DNA from: Octopus sinensis
Lineage: Eukaryota
Assembly: GCF_006345805.1 (NCBI RefSeq)
Contig: NC_042998.1
Coordinates: forward strand, 132,928,001 to 132,992,000
Direction of reading: 5' to 3'
DNA length: 64,000 nucleotides
Shown here: positions 1 through 13,430 of the stretch, piece by piece
How positions within the stretch are numbered: the stretch's first letter is position 1
How the letters are laid out: each line of letters begins with the position of its first letter
Made by a program: the position numbers and the translations under genes
The notes under the pieces: model-generated
Seen by the model: the letters and a program-made list of their open reading frames with translations, nothing else
Databases searched by the model: none
Told to the model about the DNA's origin: nothing

Positions 1-880
1 CTTTCTACTGGATATTCCCTTAGGACATTTTCCAATGATATTAGCGTAACGTTAATATACAAACTCAACCCTCCTGGAACTTTATGTTATGCAGCAGTTC
101 ACATATACGTTCTCTCCTCATTCTATTGATTCGGTCAGTATTAGGAAAGTGTTTTGTTATTTCAACGGTCTTTGCGTCCCGAACTAACCAGCCGCATAAC
201 ACCCCGTATCCAGTGCAAAAATCTCCTCCTTAACCGTTCTCTCTTTCACTGTCCACGCTCCAATTAACCCTTTTCCTTAACTCTTCTCTCTCAGAACGTC
301 ATCCCTCTGGAAATCCCTCCTGTGCCCACGTTTTTTCTACAGGCGTTCACTCCCAGATGTTCAAACTAAACATCAATATAATCAAGTACACCAATTATAG
401 AGAGCATACGAATACCGTGGTCAGTTATCTTTCTTCTGTACTAAACAATGGAAGCGAAAATGTAAATTTTGTGTTCTTTTTACTTTTTTACCAGACATAT
501 AGTGGAAAAAGCGGAAAATGGGAGTATTTATTTGTGACATTTTGCCACTTTTCAAAATCATTAACTTTCGTAGGTAAAAGGGCTGGGACCAGAAATTGGT
601 TGTATCCCATCAATGGCACCGAATGTGCTATAATTGGAATTGTTGAATAAGAATAGTGAGACAATTTAATATAAAAATCAGAAATATTAATTTCTAAATA
701 TCTCATAGAGATATGTATGGTGGTGGAGCGATATAGTGGTTGTATACTGTCAACTTAACGTGACAGTAAGGGAAATACATCACCGCTGTTTAGCCCTAGG
801 AAGCATCGACGCTTCTTGTCGGCCTTGACACATTTCCTGTGTCCTTATATATTTACGAAGGGGAGACAAATACCCCCAAC

Positions 881-960
881 AGCTAGGCCTGCAACTAGAG
901 ACACGCATGTTTCAGGGTCTTTGCCCATCATCAGTCTAGAGTAGCAGAGGCCTGCTAGCT
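881..960 (-). ncRNA. Type I hammerhead ribozyme fold with extended stem I
   Basis: Minus strand reads CUAGA-CUGAUGA-U-GGG-CAAAGA-CCC-U-GAA-ACA-UGCG-UGU-C-UCUAG. Stem I is 5 bp (939-935 with 899-895), stem II is GGG/CCC on a U.U base, stem III is ACA/UGU, and the predicted site is GUC (cleavage after 900). Distal pairing AGCUAG..GGCCU / AGGCCUAGCU extends stem I past an internal loop. Confidence 0.8.
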
Positions 961-1191
961 GAAGATAAAAAATCCAATATAATATAAAAATCCAATGCAC
1001 AAACAATCGGCAAACACAAACTCTCTCAACTGACCATGTCTATCAGCTGTGGAACAGAATAGTACAAACACATAAATGCTAGGTAGATGTGAATTTTTGC
1101 TTTTACATAAATCTCTGACTTAGATGAAAGTCAGCTTTGAAGACACCAGAATGCATCACGTGCACGATTGAAACAGACTTAAATCTTATAT

Positions 1192-1560
1192 TTATTCTGG
1201 CCATATAACTATGAAAGTAGCACAGAATTGTTTGAATTGAGATACCTCTTCCTGAATTTTGGCACCGTGTATGAAAGGAATCTTTTCAGAAGATGAAATG
1301 CAAGCAGATATAATTTTTCTGTTGGCCGCGTTGATTTGTATGCCAACATGAGGGTCGTACACATTACAGCGTTGAACCCGCTGGACATCTACGTATCTGT
1401 CGGTAATTATTGAGAGATCGTCGGCGTAGTCCAAATCATTGATGGTGACATCTTGCTGTCAGATGGACTTCTTTCAACAGCTCTTGCTCAAAATCTTAAT
1501 TTGGTTACGCACATCATCCAGACAGTAAACTTACACTTGAAGCGATCGTACTTGAATGGC
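1192..1560 (-). pseudogene. Decayed RTE-like LINE reverse transcriptase fragment
   Basis: ORF 1192-1434 reads DYADDLSII...VGIQINAANRK...IQEEVSQFKQF, matching the LINE RT pattern YADD...GL.IN..KTK...IE.V..F.YLGS. Confidence 0.7.
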
Positions 1561-3324
1561 GAAAATGGCAAAATGAACGGCCGGAAATGAGAATTGATAC
1601 AATCAAGTAGACTCTTGAATACATATCTGGTCCTGATGTGTTTGTCGTCCACCGTTGGAATTGCAACTGGTTTACAATCTACACGTATGATGTTTGCGAT
1701 GTCGGTGTGGTCTGTTCCCGTTCGTGATGCAGTAAATTCACTTGGTGGAACCGACTCAATTCGTCTGCGTGAATGTCAAGGCTACTACAATGTAAATTTT
1801 GGGTGTTTATTATTAAGGATGTAAGTCAAGTAACATGATTGCAAAGTGAAATAGAGTTGAAATGCTGTACTGAACCTAGCAAAAGCTTATCTCTTTTCGT
1901 AAATTATTCCTCATAATACTTTCTTTAGACGATGGACATAGCTCAGCATTTATAGGGAGAGAGAAATTAAACAGCTGTGGTTTCCCTGATTCTATCTCGC
2001 ACCGAGTTTTATTTAAGTAACAGTGAAGAGGTTACATCTGAAAATGAAGAGTGATACCGTGTTAATCAATTTACTGAGATTTAAAAACCTTACCCTTGAC
2101 GTTGAACAACATCACAGTCTCTCCATCAATCTCAACAGTTCACTGGACTCGGCAATTATTTCAGATTTTCTGAGTTAAACAGAGGAAAAATAAATCTCGT
2201 AGTCTGTCTCAATTATCTTTCTCTGCAAGTGGAATTCAATTGAAATTCAGTAAAATATTGGTTTATATCTCCGAATTATACTTCCACGTGATATCTTCTT
2301 TTATGTATATGAACATGAAAGTTGTGATTAAAATTCCATCTCCACGAATACAATGTAGTGACTGCGTATGACGTATGGTCCTCTTGAGGAAGATTTGTCG
2401 AACACCCGTATAGCATACAGGAAACAAGAGACAAACACAAACGTAGACATCTGTGAAGAAACGGATTAAATATAATTTTAAAAAAAAATCAGATAGCGAT
2501 GACTAAAGGCGAGAATTTACGCTAACAGCAAATAACCCATCTTTCTTTATTCAACTCGTTTTATGCTGACAGCAATTTTTAAAGCTATCTGTAGCCATAT
2601 GCATTGTTTAAAGCTTCCATAATGTTTAGACCAAATCGAATCGAACGTCTTTTTAGAGATATTCATAATCACAAGTGTACAGACAGTGAATATGTTCTCA
2701 CATTATTTCAATCTTTTATCAGAATATAACTAAATGATAATTTGTGTTCGTTCAAATACATGGTGTACCCTGGTGGTCAACTATTATAGGAGAGACAATC
2801 CCTTCCAGATTAAGTTGAGGCGGGTTTGAAAATTTAGAATTTACATCAAAGAGTAAAGAAGAATGTGAATAGAGTATACGCATTTAATATTCTTATTAGA
2901 TACAAAAAAAAATAAAATAATAATAATAATAATAAAACAGCAGACAGTCGTCATGTGATAGTTTTTAACTACGCAATTAATATTCGTACTATTACAGACT
3001 GGAGGAAAGACGATGAAAACCAGCAATCAAATATGAATAATAAATCAATAAAAGTTTCAAGCTTTGACGAAGATCATAACATCGTTTTTTTTTTTTGTAG
3101 TGTGGAGTTGGTGGAGAAGGAAAAAAAGAGGCGCAGTCGAGGATATATCCGGTAGTTATTTTATTGACATCAGTGTGTGATAAAAGGTGGAAAGTCGGTT
3201 CTAGAAGAATCTGAATTCAGAGTGTCGAGGAAAGAAACTAAATACTTGTAAGGCGTTTAATCAGGCGCTCAGCCGGTCCTGCCACATGCGAACAAAAGAA
3301 AGATGAAGGCAAAGACGATGTTGA

Positions 3325-3555
3325 GTATCATCATCATCATCATCATCATCATCATCGTTGTCGTCGTCGTCATCATCGTTGCCGTCGTCGTCATAATCAT
3401 CATCATCATCATCGTGATCGTTGGGGTGGTGGCATTGATGGTGGTGTTGTTGGTGGTTAGGTTTAGGGTTAGTGCTAGTCAAGATTGTGGTTGTGATTGT
3501 GGTTGTGGTGGTGGTGTAGGTGGTAGTGGTGGTGGGGTGGGGGTGATGCTGATTG

Positions 3556-3590
<35 letters not shown>

Positions 3591-3610
3591 TCGACAACAA
3601 CGACGACATG
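3325..3610. repeat. Compound trinucleotide microsatellite (ATC/GTC/GGT/GAT)n
   Basis: Directly visible tandem triplets. Confidence 0.95.
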
Positions 3611-3839
3611 AATACCAATTACGAGAACATCAAATAAATTCGGTGACCGAAACAATTAGCTTGGCTATGCTCCAGTGACACTCCGATAATATTCGGTGTC
3701 GACCATGCGTGTCCCGGCAACATTTTAGCCTAACACGGAGATCAGGTGTCATATTACAATGGAGGAGCATCTAGCATGTGTGCTATTTATTGAAAGGAAG
3801 CAACCTTTGATACATAAAGTGACACAGGAGGTCAGTAGT

Positions 3840-3841
3840 AT

Positions 3842-3882
<41 letters not shown>

Positions 3883-4394
3883 GAGAAAGAGAGAGAGAAA
3901 GAACAGTGGGGAGGTGGGTAAAGTTTGATGAAATGAGAGCTTCTGTCTGTTTCTGTGTTTGTGAGAAAGATTTTTGTTATGGGAAAGACGTGCGAAAAAA
4001 GGGTCCGTTGAAAAGATTAAAAAGAATGAGGGAAAGAGAGAGAGGGAGAGAGAGGGAGGGAGAGAGGTACATATGAGAATAGGATAAGTTTTAAGAGATT
4101 GAAGATTGCAGACTGTTTGTCTCTCTCTCGCTCAGTGTGCTCGCACGCGCGCGTGTGAGCATGTGTGCGTGTGAGCATGTGTATGTTTGTGTGTGTGTAT
4201 GTGTGTGTGTGTGTGGGTGTGGGTGGGTGTGTGTGTGTGTGTGTGTGTACAGGAGAGAAAGAGATTTGCACGAACGTGCCTATATTTATCTATGTGGCTG
4301 TTTGCGTGTGCTTGCGTATGTGAATGCATGTCAGTGTAAGAGCATACAAAAGAGAGAGAGAGAGAGAGGGGGGAGAGAGAAAGGGGGGAGAGAG

Positions 4395-4465
<71 letters not shown>
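3840..4465. repeat. (AG)n and (GT)n microsatellite cluster
   Basis: Directly visible dinucleotide arrays. Confidence 0.95.
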
Positions 4466-4468
<3 letters not shown>

Positions 4469-4955
4469 TGCTGGAGGTGTAAGCATAAACGAAAAATGTA
4501 AGTTTTGTACAAACAAGTGGCAGAGGCAATGAGATAGCGTGGGTAAGTGAGGAGGTTTTTGAAAGTTTGAGTAAAGAATGACAAAATAAATAAATAAATA
4601 AACAATGGAAGAGACTGTACGTATGCATTTGTTTGAAGAAAAATTTCATCATCTCCTGGGCAGGCCTTATTAGACTATATAGTGATGATGAGATCAAGTA
4701 ATCCGAAACGTGTCCTCCTTAAAATCAGTTATCTAAAGCCGTGTTTCTGAAATGTTCAAGTTAATCTGTTATACCATATTTTTCTAATTAATGTGGAAGT
4801 GAGTGCTTGTATAGATAATAAAATGAAGTAAGAAGACAACACAAACACAAACAGACAGGCACACACACATATGAGCCACGGGGAAGGAATTTGTAGGTGG
4901 ATGCACGACCTGCTTGAAATGGTTGCCAAATCTTCCTTTATCGTAAAAAAAAAAA

Positions 4956-5115
4956 GAGTGGCTGTGTGGTAAGTAGTTTGCTTACATACTACATGGTTCC
5001 GGCTTCAGTCCCACTGCGTGGCACCTTGGGCAAGTGTCTTCTACTATAGCCTCGGGCCGACCAAAGCCTTGTGAGTGGATTTGGTAGACGGAAACTGAAA
5101 GAAGCCCGTCGTATA

Positions 5116-5176
<61 letters not shown>

Positions 5177-5194
5177 TGTGTGTGTGTTGTGTGT

Positions 5195-5232
<38 letters not shown>

Positions 5233-5448
5233 CTGTTTGTGTGTCTGTGTTTGTCCCCGCCCCCAACATCGCTTGACAACAATGGTGGTGTGTTTACGTC
5301 CCTGTAACTTAGCGGTTCGGCAAAAGGCACCGATAGAATAAGTACTAGGCTTACAAAGAATAAGTCCTGAAGTCGATTTGCTCGACTAAAGGCGGTGCTC
5401 CAGTATGGCCACAGTCAAGTGACTGAAACAAGCAGAAAAGTAAAAGAG
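4956..5448 (+). mobile_element. tRNA-derived SINE family A (about 400-490 bp, internal (TA)n(TG)n tract)
   Basis: Head gagtggctgtgtggtaag...ggttccggcttcagtccc with A/B-box-like motifs; body and tail ...gactgaaacaag are shared with six other copies in the window. Confidence 0.9.
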
Positions 5449-6532
5449 TAGGTTCCTTCTCATTTATATTTGTAAACACCAAAACCATTATAGAAAAATA
5501 GTTTTTGAAAATATTTTTATTTTCGAGATATTTTTTTTTATTATATATTAATTAGCCTGACGAAATTTTGCTATATGAAATGTTGAATTGAATGTGAAGA
5601 GGTGTGGCTTCCTTAAAGCTAACATTATGTTGTTAGAAATGGATATTACTAATCGTTTAGAAATCAACCAAACTCAAGGTTCAATAAGTACTGCTTTGTA
5701 CATAAGTAAATCAACCGTGTCTCCAATTATTAAGGATAACGATAATTAAAAAATGTGTACGTAATGTAGGAGATATATCGGCCACAATTATGTAAAAAAA
5801 GATCTCGTAGTATAGAGATAGAATGAAATTACCGCACCAGGAAAAAAATGCTCTAGTGAGTTTTGTTATTCAAGGTAAAGTTATCAGTTTGTATGCAGTT
5901 TAGAAGAAATACTTTGAACAGCCTTTGTCAGAAAGGAAGTATAGTGAAAAAAAAAGGAAGGAAAATTCAGTAATAGTATGGATTAACTAACATAGAAAGT
6001 AAAATGCTCCAGTGAGTAAGGTTATCGGTTAATACACAAATTAGAAGAAACAGAAAATTTCGGATAAACAAAGAATGGTGTGAAAAGGTTCGAGAAAAAG
6101 TCAACTATGCATAACGTTAAACTGACTGGAGTAATAAGTAGTGCAGATAAAGAAGGTTGCAGCAGAGTTTGTGCAGACTTTTGCTGACGTTGAAGTAGAG
6201 GACCATACTGCATAGCAGATATATGATGTTGATGAATGGCTTATTTTCGAAGTTGATTCCTGGAAGAACATATATAAGTTGAGGAGAAAATTTTATCAGG
6301 GCATAGAGTAGCTAAAGACAGACGACAATCTGCAAACCATATCAGTAGTAGTCTATTAGTTCGTTAAATGCTTAGGGTTTGAAAAAATGAATTAAAGGTA
6401 TATTATCTGCTCACTGGAAAGCAAATACTGTGCTCTGGTTACTGCAATTATACTTCAAGACTAACGTTTAGTTTGTTACTGTGGAATATCATACAAGGAA
6501 TAATTAACCAATATAGACACTAAAAGCTCTAT

Positions 6533-6790
6533 CTACGACGATTTCATCTCAACCGAAGGAGAGGGGCTTTCTCCGTCCGGGTTGCGGATCCGTGGAATAA
6601 GCTGCCGGACGAGATAGTGAAGATGCCGACGACCGCTCGGTTCAAAGTCTCTCTTGACCAGAAATGGCTTCAACTCTTTGTATGAACACCCTCCCTGTAC
6701 ATAACTCCATGTCCCCCTACATGGCCTTGCTTTTGCTTTTTGAGCCCAAAAAATTAAATCAAATTAAATTAAATTAAAATTAAATTAATA
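6533..6790 (+). mobile_element. CR1-clade LINE 3' end (5'-truncated)
   Basis: 6533-6685 translates LRRFHLNRRRGAFSVRVADPWNKLPDEIVKMPTTARFKVSLDQKWLQLFV*, the typical CR1/L2 ORF2 C-terminus (FS.RV...WN.LP...FK..LD). An (AAATT)n tail follows at about 6750-6790. Confidence 0.85.
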
Positions 6791-7017
6791 ATGTTTTTGG
6801 AGTTCCTGAAAAAATATAGGATCTTTATCTTGAAATTAAAGTAGTATTTTTGCCTTTGAATATAAGTGGAATTCAGTCTATGTGGAAAGCTATGCAACAA
6901 TCTATCAAGGCAACTACTAAGGAAAATGCGGCTAATAACTTAAAAGAGTTCTGGAAAAGCTATATTATCTGTAATACTAATTTGGATTGAGATAAACCTA
7001 TCAATAATATAAGGTTT

Positions 7018-7212
7018 CTAGCCCCATCTGACTATCATTAGTTCTCCAGCAAAACAAAATATTGGGAACGAGTCTCGCAGTGATGATGACTACATATCTG
7101 TTGTTGATGACTTGTTTGACTAAAGGATGAAAGCTTCTTCCCCAATGGGATCCAAGAACAGCAACACCAATTGGAAGAAGTGTGGACTGCAAGGGAGACT
7201 ATGTTGAAAAAT
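7018..7212 (+). pseudogene. Mariner transposase C-terminal remnant
   Basis: LAPSDYH*F and RSDDDYISVVDDLFD, then frameshifted WKKC...GDYVEK, matching the mariner YSPDLAPSDYHLF...GDYVEK end. Confidence 0.75.
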
Positions 7213-7329
7213 ACGCCTCATTTGGTCACCGTTCCATGAGAGTATCTTGCTCAGCCTATCAAACTTGATTTAATACCAAAAACCAACTTGATTCGCAAGT
7301 TGTCAGCGAAGACGTGACGTACAAAGAGC

Positions 7330-7770
7330 CGATGGCCAATGAAAATTGTGACTCGCGAGAGGAAAACGAAGACGATGTTGTTCATGATGATGATGGTGAG
7401 AAGGAGGGGGAGGAGGAGGATGACGACGACGACGATGATGATGTTGTTGTTGCTGTTGATGATGAAGATGATGATGATGCTGATGATGATCACCATCATC
7501 ATCATCACCATCGTCATTGTCGTCGTCATCATTATCATTATTATCATCATCGTCATTCTCGTTATCGTCATCATTATCATCATGACGACAATATTTCTAA
7601 CAATGGCATGGACAAAGAAATAATGGCTGTCATGAAAGATGATGATAACATGAAGAAGACGACCTCATTTATGGCGATATTTACGATTAATATGGTGATG
7701 AGAGTGGTGGAGGTGATGGTAGTAACGGCGGTGGTAGTGGTGGTGGTGGTGGGGGGGTTGTGTTGACAAC
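7330..7770. repeat. Compound (GAT/GAC/CAT/GGT)n low-complexity tract
   Basis: Directly visible triplet arrays. Confidence 0.9.
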
Positions 7771-7884
7771 TGGTGTTATATCTGGATGGTTCAACTCAAT
7801 ATCGTTGTCAGTCTGGACAAACAGATTTATCCCAGAGTATGGTAGCGAGATCGTTGTCATTAAAAATAAATAAATAAATAAATT

Positions 7885-8163
7885 CTTTGTTCCTTCTCGA
7901 GCCACGGCTCATAAGGGCCGGTTTTCCGGTTTCCTTTGTATATAGGTTCCTCACCCGGACGGGACTCCGGTCCGTCGCAGGTGAGCTGCAAGATCCAGGA
8001 TGAAAGAGTGAGAGAAGGTTGTGGTGAAAGAGTCAGCAGAAGTTCGCCATTAAATTCTGCCGGAGCCGCGTGGAGCTTAGGTGTTTCGCCCGGTCTGAGA
8101 TTCGAACCCACGATCCCTCGACCGCGAGTCCGCTGCTCTAAACACTAGGCCATGTGCCTCCAC
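7885..8163 (-). mobile_element. tRNA-derived SINE family E with V-domain-like central segment
   Basis: Minus head gtggaggcacatggcctagtg...gggttcgaatctc (A and B boxes); internal cctgcgacggaccggagtcccgtccgggtgagg...ggaaaccggaaaaccggcccttatgagcc. A 13-bp TSD aaataaataaatt lies at 7872-7884 and 8164-8176. Confidence 0.8.
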
Positions 8164-8384
8164 AAATAAATAAATTGGTACATCCGTATGCTACTTCTAT
8201 GAATTAACTTGGAAAAAAAAAAGCATATTCCACAAACATAGTTATCGAGTCGATCTAGCCTTTTGATATACTCTCTTTTGGGCAAAGTCTGGACAATCAG
8301 CATTTTAAGTGCTAGTACGCTGAACAAAATTCTTACCAGTATTTCTTTAGTCTTTACATTCTTTACAATCGTCTTTACGATCTC

Positions 8385-8730
8385 GTGTTTTTCATCTTTT
8401 CGAGGTCGATAAGATAAGTTTCCATTGAGCACTGGCGATAATGTAATCGACTTAACCTCTCCCCAAAATTTCAAGCATTGTGCCTACAGTATACAGGATT
8501 ATTGTTATCATTATTTTTATTAAGGTCGTGGGATAGTATAATCGTTAGCACGCTAGATGCTCGGCGATATTTCGCCCGTTCTGATTCCAAATTCCGCCGA
8601 GGTCGACTTTGATTTCATCCTTTCGGGGGTCGATAAAATAAGTACCAGTGAAACACTGGGGTCGATGTAATCGACTGGTCCTCCCCTCCTCTAATATTTC
8701 AGGCCTTGTGTCTTTAGTAGAAAGGATTGT
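8385..8730 (+). mobile_element. Two partial SINE family B copies (B2 tail type)
   Basis: Both show ttcatc(c)ttt(c)ggggtcgataaaataagtaccag...ctggggtcgatgtaatcgact and a tail like ccccaaaatttcaggccttgtg. Confidence 0.8.
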
Positions 8731-8868
8731 TATTTTTGTTTTGGTTTTAACCTTAGGTATCCACAAGTTTTCAGCAGTCTTTCAAGTCCTTACAGCCCTC
8801 TATTATTATCATTAACATTATTTTGATTTTCATATTTGCATATTTGTTTTGTGTTGTGGATATATATG

Positions 8869-8906
<38 letters not shown>

Positions 8907-9799
8907 ACACACACACACACACACACACGCACACACACACACACATGTATATATACATCCCACCACACATGTATAATTCCTGTTTGCAGTGTCATCGGTG
9001 ATTAATAAATTATAGATACGAAAATTATTAGGTTGATTTTACTTCCGACAGATCTCATGATGTCACGTGAAACATAAATGATACACTGGACATTCTAATA
9101 TGGCGACAATCATTCTCAGACAAGATAAGAAAAAAACAAACTCAAAACACTAAGAAGTCTATACGTTGAGCAAACTGATAGAATAATGAACACTCGTCTT
9201 TATTTCTCTACTCACGGGCAAACAAGGTCAAATATTTTTTTGTTTTGTAAATTTTTTTCGCCTTTTCTCTTTGTTAGTTTCCGATGACAGGAAATAAAAT
9301 TTCAACGTAATGATAATAATAATTATTTCTTTTATTGGCACAAGTTCTAAAATTTGTGAGAGGGTGTTAATTAATTTCCCTGACCCCAGTACTTGACTGG
9401 TAATTTATTTCATAGACCACGAAGAAATGAAAACAAAGTCGACCCCATGCCGCAAAAAAACACATTTCGTATAACACAAAGGTAATCAACAATGACGTTT
9501 TATATAAATACGTCCAAACAATAAAAACATTGACAAATAACAAGAAATTTCTATCATTAAAATTTCCAAATAGGGAGTAACACCAACCAAGGAATCCTGC
9601 AGATTCCAAGTCAACCTACTCATCGGGAGCACAATGACAAATGCTCTTCTCATGTTCTTATTTTTCAGTTTACAGACGCATGCTTAGAGCAAGTACATTC
9701 ATTCGGGCCATTGTGGTTACATTCACCTACTTTTTTACTAATTTACTGGGGAGCAGACAACCCTTTGTATCCTCAGTTTGATTTCTTTGTGAAACTTGA

Positions 9800-11000
9800 G
9801 AAAGTTGATGAGGTCTTGGCAGAAAAGAAAAATGACCCCCCACCCAGTCCTTTCATTCGCATTCACCATGACCAACGTAAATAGACATAGTTAAACTGCC
9901 TGCTAATTCGGGAAAAGCAATGTTGTGGGACAATCTCGATGATGTATTCAGTCGATAGCCGGATCCGTCCGACGCATGATAGCACTGTTCGCCATAGCTC
10001 CACGAGTCACAATGCTGAAGCACTGTACGAATGTATGCAGAACAGTTTCGTCTCGCTACAGGCATCACCTGGCTGTTGGGTTTATTCCAAGCCGGCAATG
10101 CCCCACACACCACACCAGTATCATTGCAAACCAGGGATTTCTGGAAAAGTTCTCCGAAAAAAACCCCCACCTTATTGATTTTCATTGATGCCCAGAGTTT
10201 CCTTGAATACATCATCGCTTTTACATACCACTAATCCACAACAGAACGCCATTGTGGAAAATACAACGACCGCAATATCCGAAAATGCAAGAGGGCTGTG
10301 GACTGATGGTGACACGCAAGGTGCCAGGCGCCCAGCCTCGGTCTATATCATCAGAACATCAGCTGATAACAAACACGTCTAACAAACGGTAACCACACCT
10401 ACCCACCATCAAAGAAATGCTGGAGTTGAAGTAGTCTTTAACGCATGTCTGTATTTCATTAGCCACCGCATGCTCACTCCTCTCACTCAGTGGATGTTGA
10501 GAGCAAATGAACTTTCTGAGCAGCAGAAATGGGGTAAGGCACGACGGTCAAGAAATGGTAGAAGACAGATCCCATGTATTCCAAGTATTCGCCGACCCTG
10601 CTTGGATAATTTCTTCTCGGCTTATTTCTGTGTTAGGTTAGCCTACAAACCCTATCACCTCTTCTTAGTTCTCGTCCAGCTGGAGATCTGGATCAAACCA
10701 AACCCAAGCAGCTTAAACAGTTCATCTGTCCAGCACCTCATGGTGCGGTTGAATGGCATTGAGCTGTCTCTCCAGGTGCCGAGCTGCAAGACCACTGACT
10801 TTTCATGGTTGATTTTGCTCCCGTAATGGTTTTTTGCGAAGTCATGGGACTGTAGCGTGGCGGATTAGGAAGAGGTAGCAGAAGAGTTCAAATGAGCCAA
10901 CGGTACTTCTTACATTGATGACGAGTGGAGGTATCTTAGAAGATTAACTGTTAGGATCACCAAGCTCTATCAATAGAGTAACTGCATCCAGAGGGATGGC
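9800..11000 (+). pseudogene. Heavily decayed DIRS-type (tyrosine recombinase) retrotransposon
   Basis: Ordered motif ghosts: NLDDVF (about 9930, RT YLDD); KTPTLLIFIDA (about 10160, RNase H TDAS); IVENTTTA (about 10250, DNTTA); a GARRPASVY/RTSADN segment (H.PG..N..AD.LSR); HLFLVLVQLEIW; and TSYIDDEWRYL (about 10910, recombinase N-terminal ST...Y...W). Confidence 0.55.
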
Positions 11001-11595
11001 GTCCATGGTTGTGCAATCAATTAATGAAAAATTACTATGGCTTAATTCAAATTCATAGTAATAGGATTGGATGGCGACAGACAATCATGAGAATCCACAA
11101 AACCAGCGGGAGAAAAAGTCAGTAGCAATCGAGCCCTTTTACTGAGAAGCTTTCCAGAGAAATTTCTGATACTCGTGTTACACGTTCTTTGGGAGTTAGT
11201 GTGCGATGCTCCTCTTAAATCATTGACCGATGAATGCCACTTTTATTTCTTTTGCATTGTCATTCATTATGGATGCGTCGTTTAACGTTGGTTTCTTTTG
11301 AAATTTGGTTCGTATTGCTTTGTTCATGTGTACCGTTCTTAATTTATTTGTCGTCATCAAGGGCATTAATTAATATCGTAAAACTAAATTTTGAATATAA
11401 AGGAGTCAAGAAAATACATATATCAAATACTTGCAGATCTGAATATGATTACTTTGCTTCTTTTCTTAAGCTTTCTCTTAGAGTGGATGATGCCCTTACG
11501 GAACGTTATATTTCATCGTGCATGATCTCATTCAGTATGGAGTTATATGTTGATATTCAACCCGGGACTAACTCCCTGTCAGTAAATTCGGTTAG

Positions 11596-11840
<245 letters not shown>

Positions 11841-12801
11841 CGAGGGTGTACCCAAAAGAAACTAGAATATTGCAATATTATTTTATTCACTTAGTTTTAC
11901 ATGTTTACACTTTTACTGCTTTGAAAGTATTCTCCATTTGAACCGATGCATCGGACCAGACGAGCTTTCCACTGTTCGAAACTGTCCTGGACCTTTTGGA
12001 AAGTGATGCCTTTTAACACTTCCTTCGTTTTTTTTTCTTCACCTCTTCGACATCTGCCAAAAGTTTTCCTTTAAGGACTTTTTTCATTCGGGAGAACAAA
12101 AAAAAAAGTCGCAAGGAGCAAAATTGGGTGAATAGGGAAGGTGAGTAAGCGGGGTCATGTCATTTTTGGTTAAAAATTGTTTCATATTTCTTTGACCAAG
12201 CGTTCCAACTGTTCCGTCAGTTCACGACACGCATTCAGTCGTGACTGCCTTCCATCATCCGCGAACAAGCGAGGCACAAATTTCGATGCAACTCTTTTCA
12301 TTCGCAATTCCTCGCTCAAAATTCGTTGGCAGGAGCTCCAGGACACACCAGTCATATCAAAAAGTTTGTCAATTGTTTAGCGACGGTCCTCCAAGATCAG
12401 TTGAGGAATGTTCGTGATGTTTTCATTCGTTAGGGAGGTCTTCGCTCGCCCTGAACGAGGTTGGTCTTCAAGCGACAAATGACAATTCATAAAGCGTCAA
12501 AACCAGTCGTAAACATGTGATTTGCTCATAGTAGCGTCCTCATCAACTGTTTGAAGCATGGCAACTGTGTCGGCCGCCGTTTTCCCCAACAGAAATCCCG
12601 GTGTTTCGCGAAAATCGACGAACAGAGGAGAAGCACTGCAAAACAAAGATGGTCTATATGACAGTACGACTCCACCGAACGTCGCCTGTCGGCAGACAGT
12701 TTCCTTAGGGTTGCATCAAGTGGCTTCTAGCGGCGGAAGCATGAACTAAAACGGGTTTGTCCCAAGGAGAACGTTTCCGGTTACTTTTAGGTACCTCCTC
12801 G
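11841..12801 (-). mobile_element. Internally deleted mariner transposon with both TIRs and TA TSD
   Basis: TIRs cgagggtgtacccaaaagaaactagaa and (reverse complement) cgaggaggtacctaaaagtaaccggaa, with TA at 11839-40 and 12802-03. Minus translation gives N-terminal GKTAADTVAML...EDQPRSGR...KRVASKFVPRLF fused at about 12190 to C-terminal HLPYSPNFAPCDFF...NGEYF; the first catalytic Asp region is missing. Confidence 0.9.
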
Positions 12802-12803
12802 TA

Positions 12804-12819
12804 TACACACACACACACT

Positions 12820-12861
<42 letters not shown>

Positions 12862-12902
12862 AGAATATATATGCATGTATATATATATATATAATATATA
12901 TA

Positions 12903-12948
<46 letters not shown>

Positions 12949-12967
12949 CTATGTATATATGCATATG

Positions 12968-13030
<63 letters not shown>

Positions 13031-13171
13031 GTATTTCAAAATAGAAAATTACCCTTTCACAGGTAATTTTTACATGCTAGAAATAGCAGCCAACACGGCC
13101 AAAAACCACAATTTTATAGCAAATTTCGAAGTAAATGAAAAATAAAAACCTTTACCTTGTTATATATCATA

Positions 13172-13269
<98 letters not shown>

Positions 13270-13295
13270 ACACACACACATATATATATATATAT
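12804..13295. repeat. (CA)n/(TA)n microsatellite cluster
   Basis: Directly visible. Confidence 0.9.
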
Positions 13296-13430
13296 GGGTG
13301 TAGATATCTTTCAAATGAGCATTAAGGTTTTTGCTTATTTTGCCCAGGAAAATTTATCTGGCTTATCCATTAGTGCCCTCGTTGGTGTTTGTTTACACGT
13401 GGTGCATTATTTAGCGATTACTGCAGATAT

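Noticed and set aside
1-250. Possible PLE endonuclease remnant (NV.IYKL-like) upstream of the 895 hammerhead
   Set aside because: It is a single weak motif on the opposite strand to the ribozyme, so no link can be supported.
2378-2420. cttgaggaagatttgtcgaacacccgta HHR-like string
   Set aside because: GAAA is broken and stem I is not adjacent.
4680-4720. HHR-like gtgatgatgagatcaagtaatccgaaacgtgtc
   Set aside because: C3 is absent, stem II is mismatched and there is no stem I partner; at most a dead remnant.
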